Assembly: GCF_009914755.1 (NCBI RefSeq)
Contig: NC_060934.1
Strand: one strand, 5' to 3'
DNA from: the human T2T-CHM13v2.0 reference genome, Homo sapiens
Length of the DNA: 64,000 nt
The notes below the pieces were generated by a model that saw only the letters and a program-made list of their open reading frames with translations, did no database searches and was not told the DNA's origin. The position numbers and the translations under genes are program-made. Numbering within the stretch: position 1 is the first letter of the stretch; each line of letters starts with the position of its first letter. Below, piece by piece: positions 31,680-46,733 of this stretch.

Positions 31680-32982
31680 ACTTTCTCATTTAAGTCAATA
31701 TTACATTTTCTTCCCAAATGAGGGATCCATTTCTACAAAAAGAATTTATTTACCTATAAGTCTAAATGCGAAGCAAAAGCTCATCTCATTTTTGATCAAA
31801 TTATTTTTGTATATTAAGAAATTCAAGCTTATGGGCTTTATTTCAAACTTAAGCAACACACATTATCATACTTAGAAAACTAAAGAAAAATGCAGTTTTC
31901 TTTAATAAATTATTGATTTAGCAATGCACAAAATTTACTAAAATCCTGCAAAAATTAATGCCTTGTTGTTAGACTAAAGCAAAAATATAATTAGCAGTCA
32001 CTTCACAAAACATGACAGTGGTCAGCATTTTAAAAACAAAGTTTTATTTAGGAAATATAATTTTCTTCATGGACTCCACCTTGGCTTTTGACATCTCTTT
32101 GTGAGCAAGGACAAAATGTTTGTGAAAAACCAGAATGTTTTGTTATCCTATGCTTTACACTACTTTAAGTGAAATATGCCTGCCTTCTACCACATATTTT
32201 CACTATTTCTCCTGACCACAATGATGATGGCAGCATAAAGCACAGGTAATTAAATGCCTTCCATTATAAGAGCTTTCATAATTATTTTTATATTTAAGAA
32301 GTAAATGAGAGATTATGAAAATAAAATAGGGTTAAAGCCAAATAGTATTAACAGAATTCTCTTGAAATTTTAAGCATCATGATAAAAGGGGAGGAAACAA
32401 AATCATATACTTGGATGAAATGGCCATAAACTCCAAGACAGGCAGATTCAGGTCATGTTTTTGCCCACAGAGCCATCAGATGGGCCTGAAACAAAATAGT
32501 AATTAATGAGAAGAATTTTGATATTTTGTGTGTTTGAGTCTCCCTCTTGCAATAAATATTTTTAAAGTTCCCTATTGTTTTTAGAATAAATCACCTGGTA
32601 AGCCAAGTTATACAAATCACCAATTTTGTTGCTTCTTCTGGCTTAAACACTGAGATAGAAATTTTGCATATTTCATATCAAAGACTGATAATAATTTCAT
32701 GCAGTTATTATCCTTAATGTAGCGAAAAAAGTTTTAAAGATATTAATTGTCCTATTATTACACCATGTATAAATGATAAAGCCAGAAACAAGAAATCCAG
32801 TGGGTTTAAAAATGATTCCTCATGTTAATTCTAAATCACAATTGTAATCTTGAGGCTGAATAATTTCATACTCAAATCTTATTACTCCCTTCTTCTTTAC
32901 TCATTGCCTAGATTCATTTTGATTTGTATAAGAATCTACTCAGCTGATAGTATTTTAAGGTCCTCAAAAGCATCTTACTCTT

Positions 32983-33257
32983 TACTGTGGTCTGAATGTC
33001 TCTGCCAAAATCTATGTGTTGTAAATTTAATCCCCCAATGCAGCAATGTGGGAAGTAGGGCCTTTTGAGAGGTATTTAGGAGTTAGGCGGAGCCCTCATG
33101 AGTGGATTAAGAAATCCACTATAAAAAAGACCTGTGGGAGTTGGTTTTCTCTTGCCCTCTGCCTTCTGTCATGTAAAGATGCCATAGGAAAGCCTTCCCC
33201 AGATGGCAGCGTCTTGATTTGGTATTCTGTTATAGCAGCAGGACACAAACTAAAACA
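32983..33257 (+). mobile_element. MaLR solo LTR (MSTD/MLT1A-like) with an internal deletion
   Basis: 'ctgtggtctgaatgtctctgccaaaatctatgtgttg...ggagccctcatgagtggattaa...ggtattctgttatagcagca...actaaaaca'. Confidence 0.78.
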
Positions 33258-33280
33258 ATCTTTTTGTGTCTTTTATTGCA

Positions 33281-33702
33281 TGTCTTCATCTACTTGTGTT
33301 GCTATAAAAGAATAACAGAGGCTGGGTAATTCATAACGAGGTTTACTTGGCTCATGATTTTTCAGGCTGCACAAGAAGAATGATGAGCCAACATCTACTT
33401 TTGATGAGGGACCCAAGCTGCTTCCCCTCGCGGTAGAAGGCAAAGGGGAGCCCGCATGGAGAGATCACATGGTGAAAAAGGAAGGGAAAGAGAGAGGAGG
33501 CAGGTGCCAGGTTTTATCTAACCAGCTCTTGTAAAAACTAACAGAGTGAAGACTTACTCACCCCTTTTCCAATGTGGAGCATGAATCTATTCATGAAAGA
33601 TCCACTCCCATGACCCAAACATGTCCCACTAAGTCTCACCTCTAATACTGGGCATCAAATTTCAACATGAGGTTTGGAGGGGCAAATATCCATACTACAG
33701 TA
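33281..33702 (-). mobile_element. MaLR solo LTR (MSTB-like)
   Basis: 'ttgtgttgctataaaagaataacagaggctgggtaatt...caaatttcaacatgaggtttggaggggcaaatatcc'. Confidence 0.85.
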
Positions 33703-35732
33703 CTCCATAAGGCTGTGGAGAAGGAAGCACCATTTAGTGGACCTGGAACTCTATCCATTGTCTGGCTAAAAGGGTGCTGAGACAAATGGCTAAATCCCAC
33801 ATTGATGTGGTAGGTAGGGCTTTCCATGTAGACAACCATAGTGAAGTCTTTTAGGTGGTTAGAAAGATTACTCACCAAAGGGGCTTAATACATTACTGGC
33901 TTCACCAGTAACAGCCTTTAAAAACTAGAGATTTTCCCATAGAGGGTTAGAAAAACCAGCTGTGATTGAGCTATCTAGCATTAAAGACAACATTCATCCT
34001 AGAAGCACCATTAATACTGGATTTCTTCTTTTACCCTGGTCATGACCCTAATCAAGCTCAAGTTTAACTATGTCCCTCTGTCTCCCTTCTAAACTTTGAA
34101 CTGCTCTCTATATTTTTTCTAATGGATCATTGCTCACTGGCCCCTGGTGTCAGAGAAGAATGCCCAGACACATCAAATTTCTTGTTGTTTTCCAATTAGC
34201 TGTGCTTCTTTCACACCCCATCTCTCCAAATTTTGTCTTTTCTAAACCAGATGATTTTTTACTCATGTTTCAAAATGTAGTTTGACTATCTTCTTTATGA
34301 ATCCTTTCACAAATATCATACTATGAAAACATGATTTTTTTCCTGTTTCTGTTCTTTTACTGCACTGAGTGTACATCTCTCTGAGAGCAACTGTCAAATT
34401 GAATCTGTTCTTACTTTGTTTTTATCATGTTTGAAAATTGGCTAGTGGATCAGTAAGTAGAAATTGATCATCAAGTAGGACTTAGAGACAGTTATTGTTG
34501 CCATCTATTCTGGCAGTGGAAACTAAATGATGCTTTTACAAGAAGATTTATTTGAGCCCTTGTAGATATTTGAAAGGTTCTGATAAAGTTGGGGAATTCT
34601 TTCTTCTACTCCCCAATCACAACAGCCTTTTCTACCTCTCACCTTACCATTTTACGCAGTTAGTTATAAGGCCCATGATTGAAACCAGATGATGAGTCTT
34701 CCTGGCCCTCAGAAGTGAAGTCCTTTAAAGATCTGTAAAAAGGGGAAAAATTACTAGATATTTCCTACCAAAGCGGTGTTGCCTGGAATTGGATCTAAGT
34801 ATTTTATTCACTTCGTGGACATTTTATGTTTTTAGATTTCCCTATATTAATTTAATTATCTGCCTCAGGGTAGCTGATTAAAGGCATATTGTGTCCCTTT
34901 GAAAGTGAAGACAAATTGCAGCTGAGAGGCTGTTGAAACAGACAGTGAACAGAACATGACTGCTAAATATTTACTAGCTTCTGATGGCAAGGAATCTCTT
35001 TGATTTTTACCTCAGTAATATTGGGTGTAGGGGCCTTAATCAGCGGGACTACAGCATTAAGATTGCACCAACTAATTGTGAGGTGCTATTTATCCTTTTC
35101 AAGTTTTAGAAAGGAGCAAATTTGGCTTATAATTGTCACAACAGTAGCCATAATCACTATTTCTCTAAATAGGTCTTGCATAATGAGTTTCAATATTGAA
35201 GGCCCTGTTTTAATTTATATTGGGCTGTGTTTATTATTTTAACCAAGGAGGCAAGTTCATAGGGTCCAATATTATCAAGCCAATTCGTGTACCAGAAACT
35301 TCATTTAATTTTATTTTATTACTCATTGAGTGAGTGTGGATATGCTAACTATGGGCTATTTTAGGGCAATGAATGCTATCACTATGAAGAAATTAGGCAA
35401 GATAATAGTTCTGATGGTTCAGATGAGGCTTATCTGTTTTGTGTTTGGTTGTTTTTCCCCTAAGAGTATAAAAAGTATCTTGTTTAAATTGATAGCAATT
35501 CCCAGGCATAATGGTAATTTGAAGCCCAATATTGATTAAACCACAAAGTTTTGCCAGATAATACATTTTAGCATATTTTAAAGATGATTCAAATCTAGGC
35601 TATAGAAGAGAATAATATTATATAATTATTCATTACATATATGAATCTCACCTGTGCCAACAATTTATATTTTTATCTAATTTTTTTCTTAAAGTTTTAG
35701 TTTGTGGAGAAACTAGTTTTGCACCTGTATGG

Positions 35733-35950
35733 GGGCTCGAGTATCCTTTATCTGAAATGCTTGTTTTGGAAATCAGATTTTTTAAGATTATGGAATATTT
35801 GTATTATACCTACTGGTTGAGCATCCCTAATCCAAAACAATGCAAATATGGAATGCTCCAGTGAGCATTTTCTTTTGAGTGCCGCATGGCACACAAAATA
35901 TTTTGTATTTTGAAGCATTTTGGATTATTGAATTAGAAATGCTCAACCTG
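35733..35950. mobile_element. Tigger4b/MER46-like DNA transposon (TcMar-Tigger)
   Basis: Terminal-repeat-like ends 'gagtatcctttatctgaaatgctt' and 'atgctcaacctg' followed by TA. Internal 'ggttgagcatccctaatccaaaa'. Confidence 0.8.
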
Positions 35951-38900
35951 TATGACACTCTGATTCCTCTTGAAGAAATCCAAACAACATAGAGAAGTCT
36001 TCTCATAAATTTTGCAATCTGCTTGTGGAATTTGGACACATATGTTAAGCAACTAAATGACATTTACAAACCAACTGTTAGCAAGTTCTAAATGTTATTA
36101 CAAATTAAATACATAAGAAATCCACTTACATTTTTAATGCTCTCTTTAATACTATGTTTTATTGTCTTGTTCTTCTATTTACTAAAGTTGTAAAGATCTT
36201 TAAGAAGCATTACAAAAATAACCTGCATCAGAGACACGTGTGTTTTCTCAATAATAATTTTATTGCTTCTCTTATTTTGTTAGTGCAGCATGTGATTATT
36301 AAAACCAAGCTCTGGTGATTAAAATAAAGATATAGCATTCTGCAATCCAGGCTGCATCTCACTCACAGGTGAAGAGATTTGTGAAAAATGGTGGACCTTA
36401 AGATTTAACCACAATAAGTGACACCTTGGGACGTAACGTATTGTGTTAATATAAGACTCCAACAATTAACTGGAAGTCAACCCCTGGTTATCAACAGATA
36501 TTCATGGACTCATAAGCAAGGATAAGGAAGGGACAGTTACCATAATAGTGCGTATTAGAATATCGTTACCAAGGCAGGAGCATGGAGCTTCATGATTTTT
36601 TAGTGAAGAGTAGAATGCTTTTATAATTTAGAATTATTCATCCCAAAAGCTCATTAGCCATCACATTATCCAGTGCAACAAAATTTACCAAAGGAAAAAA
36701 ATGGGAGGGGAATAGTTAGCCTATACTTCCAAGAGGGAAATATCAGAATTTGCAATTTTCCCATAAGTTATTATAGTGTTCTCATCCAATATTGTCCCCA
36801 GTGATACTGTGCTCTCTTCTCACGGGGCTGTAGGTGGTAATATTTCCCTGAGCCCCTCAAAGACAGGAGGATTCAGAATAACTATAATAAGATCTAGGGC
36901 TGTTTTGCAGGCTTCACTTTTTAACTAAAAAATAACTAGAGATGGATCAATTGTTCAAAGAATCCCTGATAACTCATAAGTATACTGACAAATCTCTGAG
37001 TCCTTTTGTTTTGACATGGTGACCCTGTCAAAATGACACTGGAATTCTAAAATTAAGAGTTCCACTGTCCAGTTATGATTTTTAAAATAGTGGGATATGA
37101 AGCCCTGAAAAATCTACTGTCTTATTAAAAACCTGAAAACACCGATGAATATTGTCAAAATCAACTTTTACAGGATTTCAAAAATGAATAAATGCTTGCA
37201 AGAATAAGTAATATTTATTCAAGAAATAATTCTGAATTAAATTATAAGCTTTACACTTGTTGCGCTCTAACTTGCCTTAAACCCATCCCCTTCTCTCCAG
37301 CTCTGCAGAAGCCATAAAAGCAGCATCCTTACAACCAGGGAAGTTATGAACAACATGCCTATCAGCCACTGAGGGGAGTATATTACAATTGGAACTTTCA
37401 AAAAAGCCCCATCCCCAAAGTATTTTCACTATGTGACTGTTATTGGAAGCAACCTGTAAAAGATGCATTCACAGGATTTATCATTATTTGGCCCTTCCTA
37501 AGAATTTACTCAGTGTTAAAAGTTTAATACCCAGGAATTTGAAAACAGCAAAAAAAAAAAAAAAGGAAATTGTTTAACATCATACATGCCTGGGTGGGGA
37601 AAAACAATAGGTTTGTCAAAAAAATTAAATACCTTGGAAGTCAGATGTCTATGGGAAGTTTTTAAAAAGCTCCAACATACTCCTTTGAATCTTGTGGGCC
37701 ACACATATGTGCTAGTATATGCATATGCTTTGAAAAAACTTAAAAAAAACACAATCTTTTGCATATGTATGACTTGAGGTTCTGCATAGGAAAGAAGTGA
37801 AGGCTAAAAAAAAGTTGTGAACTGCTGGAGAATTGAAGAGATGTCTCAACACAACAAGAACCACTCGACAAAGGCTGGGAGACTGTAAGGTTACATCAAT
37901 TAAGGAATTTTCTGTCTATTAAATGAGTATTAAGGATATCAAGTGGAGGCTTAAGCAGCCACATATGACAGGAAATACATGCTTTACACGATTAGACCAG
38001 AAAGATCACTAAACAAAGGATTGACAACAGCAAGAAACATCAGCAAACAGCAACAACATGAAACTCTGAAGTGTGTGTGTGGGAGAGAGTTCTGATTTAC
38101 AATATTGTCATGCTATATTATTTAAATATAATACATTTAATATTAAAATTTAATACTTTAACATTAAAATATTATCTATTTTATATTGTATTATTTTAAA
38201 TGTCTAGTTTCAACATAAAATTGTAAGACATATAATGAAACAGAAAGTGTTGCTTACATATTTTTTTCACACAGGAAAAATAACTATGATAGAAAAGGTG
38301 AATATGGAAGCCAAGATGTTTAGACTTTAAATTTTAAAAAGGCTATAAATCAGCTATTATAAATATGTTTAAAGAAATAAAAGGACTGTTGTCCAAATAA
38401 TTAGAGGATATATGAGAATAAAATTCCATGAAATAGAAAAGTTCAAAAAAGAAAAATTATTTCTAAAAGAAGCAAATATAATTCTGGATTTGGGAATTCT
38501 AGAAAAAAAAGAGGCATAATCAGATAGAAAAAATATTTGAAGAAATAATGGCCACAAATTTTACAATTCGATAGAAAACATTAGTCTCTGCCTTCAAGAA
38601 CTTTAACACACTATGAGTAGGATAAACTCAAAGAGATCCACCTTAGACAAATTATAATAAAACTATCAAAAGTCAAAGACAAAGGGAAAATTTTGAAATC
38701 AGCAAAAGAGAAGTAACTCATCATATACAAGAGATCTCCAATAAGATGAACAGCTAGCTTCTCATCAGAAATCACTGAGCCCAGGGGCAATGGGTTGATG
38801 TATTCAAACTGCTGGGAAAATAAACACTATATTAAAAAATCTGTATCTAGAAAAACTATCCTTAAAAGCACGCAGAAGAAATTAAGACATGTCTAGATAA

Positions 38901-39915
38901 ATATGAAGAGCATTTTAACAAACTGTCTCATAAGAACTATTAAAACAAGCATTTCAGGCTGAAATAAAAGAAAAAGAAACAGTGGGAGCAACCCATATCC
39001 ATACAGAAACATAAAGAGCATCTGTAAAGGTAACTACTTTGGCAAATACAAATAATATTATAAATGCATTTTTATTTGTAGCTCTATTTTCCTATTTTTA
39101 AAGACATCTGCATAAGCAATAATTATAAAACCCTGTTGATGGTCTTATAATTATAAAGAAGTAATTTGTATGATAATGGCATGAGAGGGGATAGGGAAAT
39201 ATTATTTTTTGGCAAAATTTCAAATAATATAGAAATTAAGTTGATGTTAATCCACACTAGATAATTTGAAGATAAGATGTATATTATAATTCTCTGAGAA
39301 AGCACAAAGAAAATAACTAAAAAATGTACTATACATACAAGAAATTAATATACTAGAGAATACCTAGATAGCAGTAATGGGGAAATTTTAAAATTGCATG
39401 AGTCATATGGAAAATAAAAAGCAAAATGACAGATGTAAAACCCACTTTATTAATGATTACATTAAATAAAAATGGGCTGAACACTCCATTCAAGAGACTG
39501 TCAAAATAAATTGAAAAAACGTAATTCAACTACATTTTATGTACAACACACTTTTAAAACATAAATAGGGTGAAAATAAAATATTAAAAAAGATGTATCA
39601 TGCAAAATGTAGTCAAAAGAGAGCTGAAGAGGCTATGCTAGTATTAGACAAAACAGTGTTTAAGCAAAAAATATTATTAAAGAAAAATAGAGAAATTTTA
39701 TAATAATGAAAATAATAAATTCAGAAGACATAAACATTATAAACATACATGCATCCAACAGAGTCAATAAAACATATCAATCAACAATAGTCAGGAATGG
39801 AGAGAAACAATTCACAAATAATAATTAGAGATTTCCATACCCTACTTTTAACAATTGATAGAAAAAGGAAGCATATTATCAATAAGGAAATAGAACACAT
39901 AAACAATAATGTATG

Positions 39916-42796
39916 TCTGGTAGGTAGAATAATGAATTCTTGAAGATGTACACATGCTAAACTCCAGAGTCACTGTTTTTATTATGTTACATGACAAAGG
40001 GGAATTACGGTTGAAGATGAAATTAAGATTGCTAATCAGTTTACTTTAAGATGAATACGCTATCCTGGATTATACACATATGCCAAATATAATGTATTAG
40101 TTAGTTCTCACATTGCTATAAAGAAATATCTCAGACTGGGTAATTTATAAGGAAAAGGGTTTTAATTGACTCATGGTTCCACAGGCTGTATAAGAATTAT
40201 GGCTGGGGAGGATTTGGGAAATTTACAATCCCGACAGACAGTGAAGGGGAAGCAGGCACATCTTACATGGCCAAAGCAGGAGAAAGAGAGAGGGGGTAGG
40301 TACTACACACTTTTTAAACAACCAGATCTCATACTAACACTATCAGGAGGACAGCCTCAAAGAGGAAATCCACTCCCATGATCCTATCACCGCCTACCAG
40401 GCCCCAACTCCGACACTGGGGATTACAATTTGACATGATATTTGGGTGAGGACACAGACCCAAACCATATTATTCTACATTGACCCCTACCAAATCTCAT
40501 GTTCTACTCACATTGCAAAATATAATCATGCCTTCCCAGGAGTTCCCCAAAGCCTTAACTCATTCCTGCATTAACTCAAAAGTCCCAAGTGCCATCTGAG
40601 ACAAAGCTAATCCCTTTTACCTATGAGCATGTAAAATGTATTTAAAAAGTTCATTACTTCCAAGTTAAAGTGAAGGTATAGGCATTGGGTAAATACTCCC
40701 TTTCCAAAAGTGAGAAATTAGCCAAAAGAAAGAGGCTACAGACCCCACGCAAGTCCAAAACCCAGCAGGGTAGTCATTAAATTTTAAATCTCCAAAACTA
40801 CCTATTTTGATTGTATGTCTCACATGCAGTGCACACTGGTGAAAGCTATGGGCTCCCAAGGCCTTAGGCAGCTCCGCTTCTGTGGTGCAGCAGAGCTCAG
40901 TCCCCAAGCTGTTCTCAAAGGCTTGTATTAAGTGCCTGTGGCTTTTCCAGGTGCAAGATACAAGCTGTTGGTGTATCTACAATTCTGGGGTCTGGAGGAT
41001 GGTGGCCCTATTCTCACACCTCCACTAAGCAGTACTCCAGAGAGAACTCTTTGTGGGGGCTCCAAACCCACATTTCCCCTCCACACTGCCCTAAGAAGAG
41101 GTGCTCCATGAGGGCTCCACCCCTGCAGTCGGCTTATTCCTGGACATCCAGGCTATTCCATATGTCTTCTAAAATCTAGGTGGAGGCTCCCAAGCCTCAA
41201 CTCTTACACCCTGCATACCTGCAGGCTTAACACCAAATGGAAGCCAGTGAGACTTACAGCTTTCACCCTCTAAAGCAGCAGCGCAAGTACTTGGGCCCTT
41301 TGAGCCATGGCAGGAGCTGAAGCAGATGGGATGCAGGCAGCAGTGTCCTGAGGCTGCGCAGGGCAGTGGGGCCCTGGGCCTGGCCCCTGAAACAATTTTC
41401 CCTTCCTAGGCCTGTTGGCCTCTGACGAGAGGGGCTGCTGTGAAGGTCTCTGAAATACCTTCAGGGCCTGGTTTCCATTGTCTTCGCTTTTAGTACTTGC
41501 TTTCTGGCTATGCATATTTTTGCAGCTGGCTTTAATTTCTCCCCAGAAAAATGAGTTTTTTTTTTTCTACCACGTAGCCAGGCTGCAAATTTTCTGAACA
41601 TTTACACTCTGTTTCCCTTTTAAATATAAATTCCAGTTTCAGGTCACTCAGTTTGCTGATGCATATGAGCATAAGCTCTAGAAGCTGCCAGGCCATTTAG
41701 TGAGTGCTTTGCTGCTTAGAAATTTCTTTCCTCAGTTACCCTAAATCATTTCTCTCAAGTTCAAAGTTCCACAGATCCCTAGAACAGGGGAACAATGCTA
41801 CCAGTCTCTTTGCTAAAGCATAGAAAGCATGATATTTACTCCAGTTCCCAGTAAGTTCCTCATTTTCATCTGAGTCCTCCTCAGAGTGGACTTCACTGTC
41901 CATCTCACTATCAACATTTTGGTCACAACCATTCAGCAAGTCTCTATAAAGCTCCAAATTTTTCCTCATCTTCCTGCCTTCTTCTGAGCCCGCCAAACTG
42001 TTTCAGCCTCTTCTCGTTACCCAGTTCTAAAGTCACTTTCACATTTTCAGCTATCTTTATAGCAATGCCCTACTTCTGGTACCAGTGTTCTGTATTACTT
42101 AGTTCCCACATTGCTATTAAAATATCTGAGACTGAAACTTGGTAATTTATAAAGAAAAGAGATTTAATTGGCTCACAGTTCCACAGGCTGTACAGGAAGC
42201 ATGGCTGGGGAGGCCTCGGGGCACTTACAATTATGGTGGAAGGTAAAGGGAAAGCAGGCATGTCTTAGATTGCAGGAGTGGGTTGAGGGGTAGCAGCAGG
42301 TGTTACATACTTTTTAAACAACCAAATCTCACAACAACTCTCAATCACAAGAACAGAACTGAAGGGAAATACCGCTCCCATGATCCAAGCACCTCCCACC
42401 AGGCTCGACCTCCAACAATGGGGATTACAATTTGACACGAGATTTGAGTGGGGACACAGAAACAAACCATATCATATAATCATAAGGGCTCTTAAAATTG
42501 GGTAAGGGTAGTACAATAACAGGTCAGAAGGATATAATGTGAAAATTCCACCTGCCATTGCTGGATTTGAAGATGGCAAAGAAAAACATCATGAGCAAGA
42601 AGTACAGGTAGCCTGTAGAAGTTAAAAAAATGACAAGGAAACAGCGTATTCCCTAGAGACTCCAGAAGGGAGTGAATCCCTGTCAACATATTGATTTTAC
42701 TCAAACTCTGCCCTTAAACAATTGTTATATATTTGTGTTGTTTTAAGCCACTGAGTTTGTGGTAATTTTGTACAGCAACATTGGAAAACAAATGTG
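39916..42796 (+). mobile_element. MLT1D-like LTR in two pieces (39916-40092 and 42475-42796), split by the MSTA provirus
   Basis: 'ggtaggtagaataatg...gaaattaagattgctaatcag...tatcctggattat', then 'ccattgctggatttgaagatgg...gttgttttaagccactgagtttgtggtaatt'. Confidence 0.85.
40093..42474 (-). mobile_element. Complete MSTA-type MaLR provirus (LTRs 40093-40472 and 42091-42474; internal region 40473-42090)
   Basis: Two homologous LTRs tgtatta...accatat(t/c)a with a perfect TSD tataa at 40088-40092 and 42475-42479. ORF 41736-41996 (-) is a remnant of the MaLR internal ORF. Confidence 0.93.
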
Positions 42797-43288
42797 ATAA
42801 CTAGATCTAAAACATCTATACAGCACTCCACCCAAGAACAGAATACACACTCTTCTTATGTACATGTGAAACATTCTCCAGGCTATAAAATATGTTACAT
42901 TATGGACAAATCGGTTATAGGAAAAGATTAAAATTATTATATAAAGTGTGTTATTCAACCACAATAAATGTATAAATCAATAATATAAAGATATTTGGGA
43001 TATTATATATAGGTGGAAAGTAAACAGCAGCATTCTAAGTAATCAACAGGTCAACTAATAAAACATAGGTAAATTACTAAATAATTTTATATGAATAAAA
43101 TCATATAGTAAAATTTATGTGATGTAGTAAAAGCAGTGCTTAGAGGATATTTATGACTATCAAAACCTATATTATAAAATCAGAAAGGTCTCAACCCATC
43201 CACCAAATTTTCCACCTAAAGAAACTAGAAAAATAAAAGCAACTCAGCCAAAGCAAGCAGAAGAAAAAAAATAATAAAGAGTATGATG

Positions 43289-44021
43289 TAAAAGTGTTGC
43301 ATTTTCTTCACAACCTCACCAGCATGTTATTTTTTGATTTTTTAATAATAGCCATTCTGACTGGTGTGAGAAAATATCTCACAGTGGTTTTGATTTGCAT
43401 TTCTTTAATCAGTCAGTTCAACCATTGTGGAAGACAGTGTGGTAATTCCTCAAAGACCCAAAAATAGCACTTCCACTCAACCCAGTAATTCCAATACTGG
43501 GAATATAACCAAAGGAATATAAATCATTCCATTGTGAAGACACATGCATGCGTATGTTCATTGCAGCACTATTCACATTAGCAAAGACATAGCATCAACC
43601 CAAATGCCCATTGGTGATAGACTGGATAAAGAATATGTGGTACATATATGCCACGGAATAGTATGCAGCCATAAATAGAATGAGATCATGTCCTTTCCAG
43701 GACATGGATGGAGCTGCAGGCCATTATCTTTTGCAAACTAACACAAGAACAGAAAAAGCAAATACCACATGTTCTCACTTATATGTGGGAACTAAGTGAT
43801 GAAGACACATGGATACATAGAGGTGAACAACACACACTGGGGCCTTTCAGAGGGTGGAGGGTGGGAGGAGGGAGAGGATCAGGAAAAACAACTAATGGAT
43901 ACTAGACTTAATACCTGGGTGATGAAATAATCTGTAGAACCAACCCCCATGACTTATGTTTACTATGTACAAACCTGCACATCCTGCACATATATCCCTC
44001 AACTTAAAATTGAAGTTAACA
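43289..44021 (+). mobile_element. L1PA (about PA10-13) 3' fragment with a 5' inversion (43289-43409 antisense; 43410-44021 sense)
   Basis: An antisense ORF2 piece is joined to the sense ORF2 end and 3' UTR. TSD aaagagta(tg/ca)atg at 43276-43288 and 44022-44034. Confidence 0.9.
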
Positions 44022-44231
44022 AAAGAGTACAATGAAAAATAAATGAGAGAAAGAATAAAAGCACTAGAGAAATAGTACCAAGAAGCTATTTTGTAATAGA
44101 TTGTCTAAGAAATAAAGAGAAAACCTCATATTATTGAAATTATGAAAGGCAGAACATGAATGCCGACCTTATAAAATTGCATTAGATTGTAAGATAATAC
44201 TATAAACACTTGCTTGAAAAAAAAAACTTCA

Positions 44232-44637
<406 letters not shown>

Positions 44638-46420
44638 TTAAAAAATACTTTGCACAAATTATGGCCAGGCCAGATGGTTTTACTGGTGAATACTATTCAA
44701 CATTTAAAGAACACACAATAGCATACCTTAACTATTCCAAAAAAGGGAAATTCTAAACTCATTCTAAGAGGTAATTATTATTCCAATAGCAAAACCAGAA
44801 AAAGGCATGGAAAAAAACTCCACACCAACATTCCTTGTGAATATAGACATAAAAATTCTCAAGAAAATGCTAGCAATAGAATCATTAACATGTAAAATAG
44901 ATTATACACCATGGCCAAATGAAGTTTTTCTCAAGAATGTTTCACCATCTTAAAATTAACCAGTATACTCTATGGAATAAAAGTCTTAAGATACTTAGAA
45001 CTACAGTATCTTATCAATACACATAGAAAAATCATTCAGACAAAGCCAACACATTTTTCATGTGAAAACACTCAACACATTAGGAATAAAAGGAAAACTC
45101 CTCAACCTGTTTAAGGATATTTAAGAAAAATGCACAGATAACATCATACTTAACAATGGCGAAATATTATGTATTTGCCCCCTAAAGTGAGGAGAAAGAC
45201 AAGATGCCCACTCTTGCCAGTTATATTCAACATTGTATTGGAGGTTCTAGCTAGATCATTAGGTTAGAATAACAAAGAACAAGGTAAGTCAGATCAGAAA
45301 GGAACAATTAAATTGTCTCATTTCGCAGAATGGCATGACATTCAATGTAGAAAAATCTAAGAACACCAAAAAATTACTATGAGAAGTATTATACACATTT
45401 AACAAGGTTGTACAATAACATTTTCATAAATGAAAGTTAATTGTATCTCTATAAATTGTTAGTGAAAATTATAAAAATGCAATGAGAACACATTTGTGTT
45501 TCAATAGAATTATAAATAAAAAAATACTTAGGAATAAATTTAACAAGAGAGGTGTAAGCCTTAGACACTGAAAACTATAGCGTATTGTTGAAAGAAATTA
45601 AAATCTACTAAGATGGCAACACAGTCCACGTTTATAAATTGAAGTACTTAATGTTGTTAAGATGACAATACTCCCAAAATAATCTACAGCGCCAATGCAA
45701 GCATTAATAAAATCATAGCTTTTTTCTAGCTTAAATTGATAAGCTGACCTTGAAATTTATATAAAATTGCAAGTGATTCAGACAACTCAAAACACCTTTA
45801 ATAAAAAGAAAGAATAAAGTCAGTGGGTTCACACTTTCTTATTTCAGAACTTACTACAAACTAGCAAATGACATTAATCAAGATACTGTAGTACTACTAT
45901 AAGGATGGACATATTGATCAATGGATGGTAACTGAAAAGTTCAAGAGCCTATACATTTATTATAAACTGTTATTTGACAAGGTACAAGATAATTTAATGG
46001 TGGGAAATAATCTTTTCAACAAAAAAAACTGGTAGGACCAAAGGAGAGGTACAGGCAAAAAAAAAAATTAGACCCTGTTCTCATATCATACATTAATATC
46101 AACACAAAGTGAATCATAGACGTATACATAAAAGCTAAAACCATAAAACACGTGGAAGAAAATGTAAATTTAGTGACCTGAGCTAGGTAATGCCGTTTAG
46201 AGTATAAGTGATAAAAACAATAGATCAATTGGACTTTAGCAAACTTAAAAATTTTGTATTTAAAGGGCACAATAAAGAAAGTGAAAAATCAGCTCATGGA
46301 ATGGGAAAAAATATTTATAATAATATATCTAATAAGGGACTTACATTCAGAATATATATTTTTAAGTCCTATAATTCAAAATTAAAAAGACAAATAATCA
46401 AATTAATAATGGGTAAAATA

Positions 46421-46733
46421 GCCGGGCGTGGTGGCTCATGCCTGTAATTCTAGCACTTTGGGAGGCCGAGCTGGGTGGATCACGAGGTCAGGAGATCGAG
46501 ACCATCCTGGCTAACACGGTGAAACCGTCTCTACTAAAAATACAAAAAAATTAGCCCGGCATGGTGGAGGGCACCTGTAGTCCCAGCTACTAGGGAGGCT
46601 GAGGCAGGAGAATGGCATGAACCAATGAGGCAGAGCTTGCAGAGAGCCTAGATTGCGCCACTGCACTCCAGCCTGGGGGACAGAGTGAGACTCTGTCTCA
46701 AAAAAAAAATAAAAATAAAAAATAAAAAAATAA
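46421..46733 (+). mobile_element. AluY
   Basis: 'gagatcgagaccatcctggctaacacggtgaaacc'. Perfect 16-bp TSD aataatgggtaaaata at 46405-46420 and 46734-46749. Confidence 0.97.

Noticed and set aside
37009-37033. 8-bp inverted repeat ttttgaca...tgtcaaaa
   Set aside because: It is short enough to be expected by chance in AT-rich DNA.
41736-41996. Acidic ORF MAGSEEGRKMR... as a domesticated gene
   Set aside because: It is a remnant of the MaLR internal ORF, truncated by stops, with no evidence of selection.
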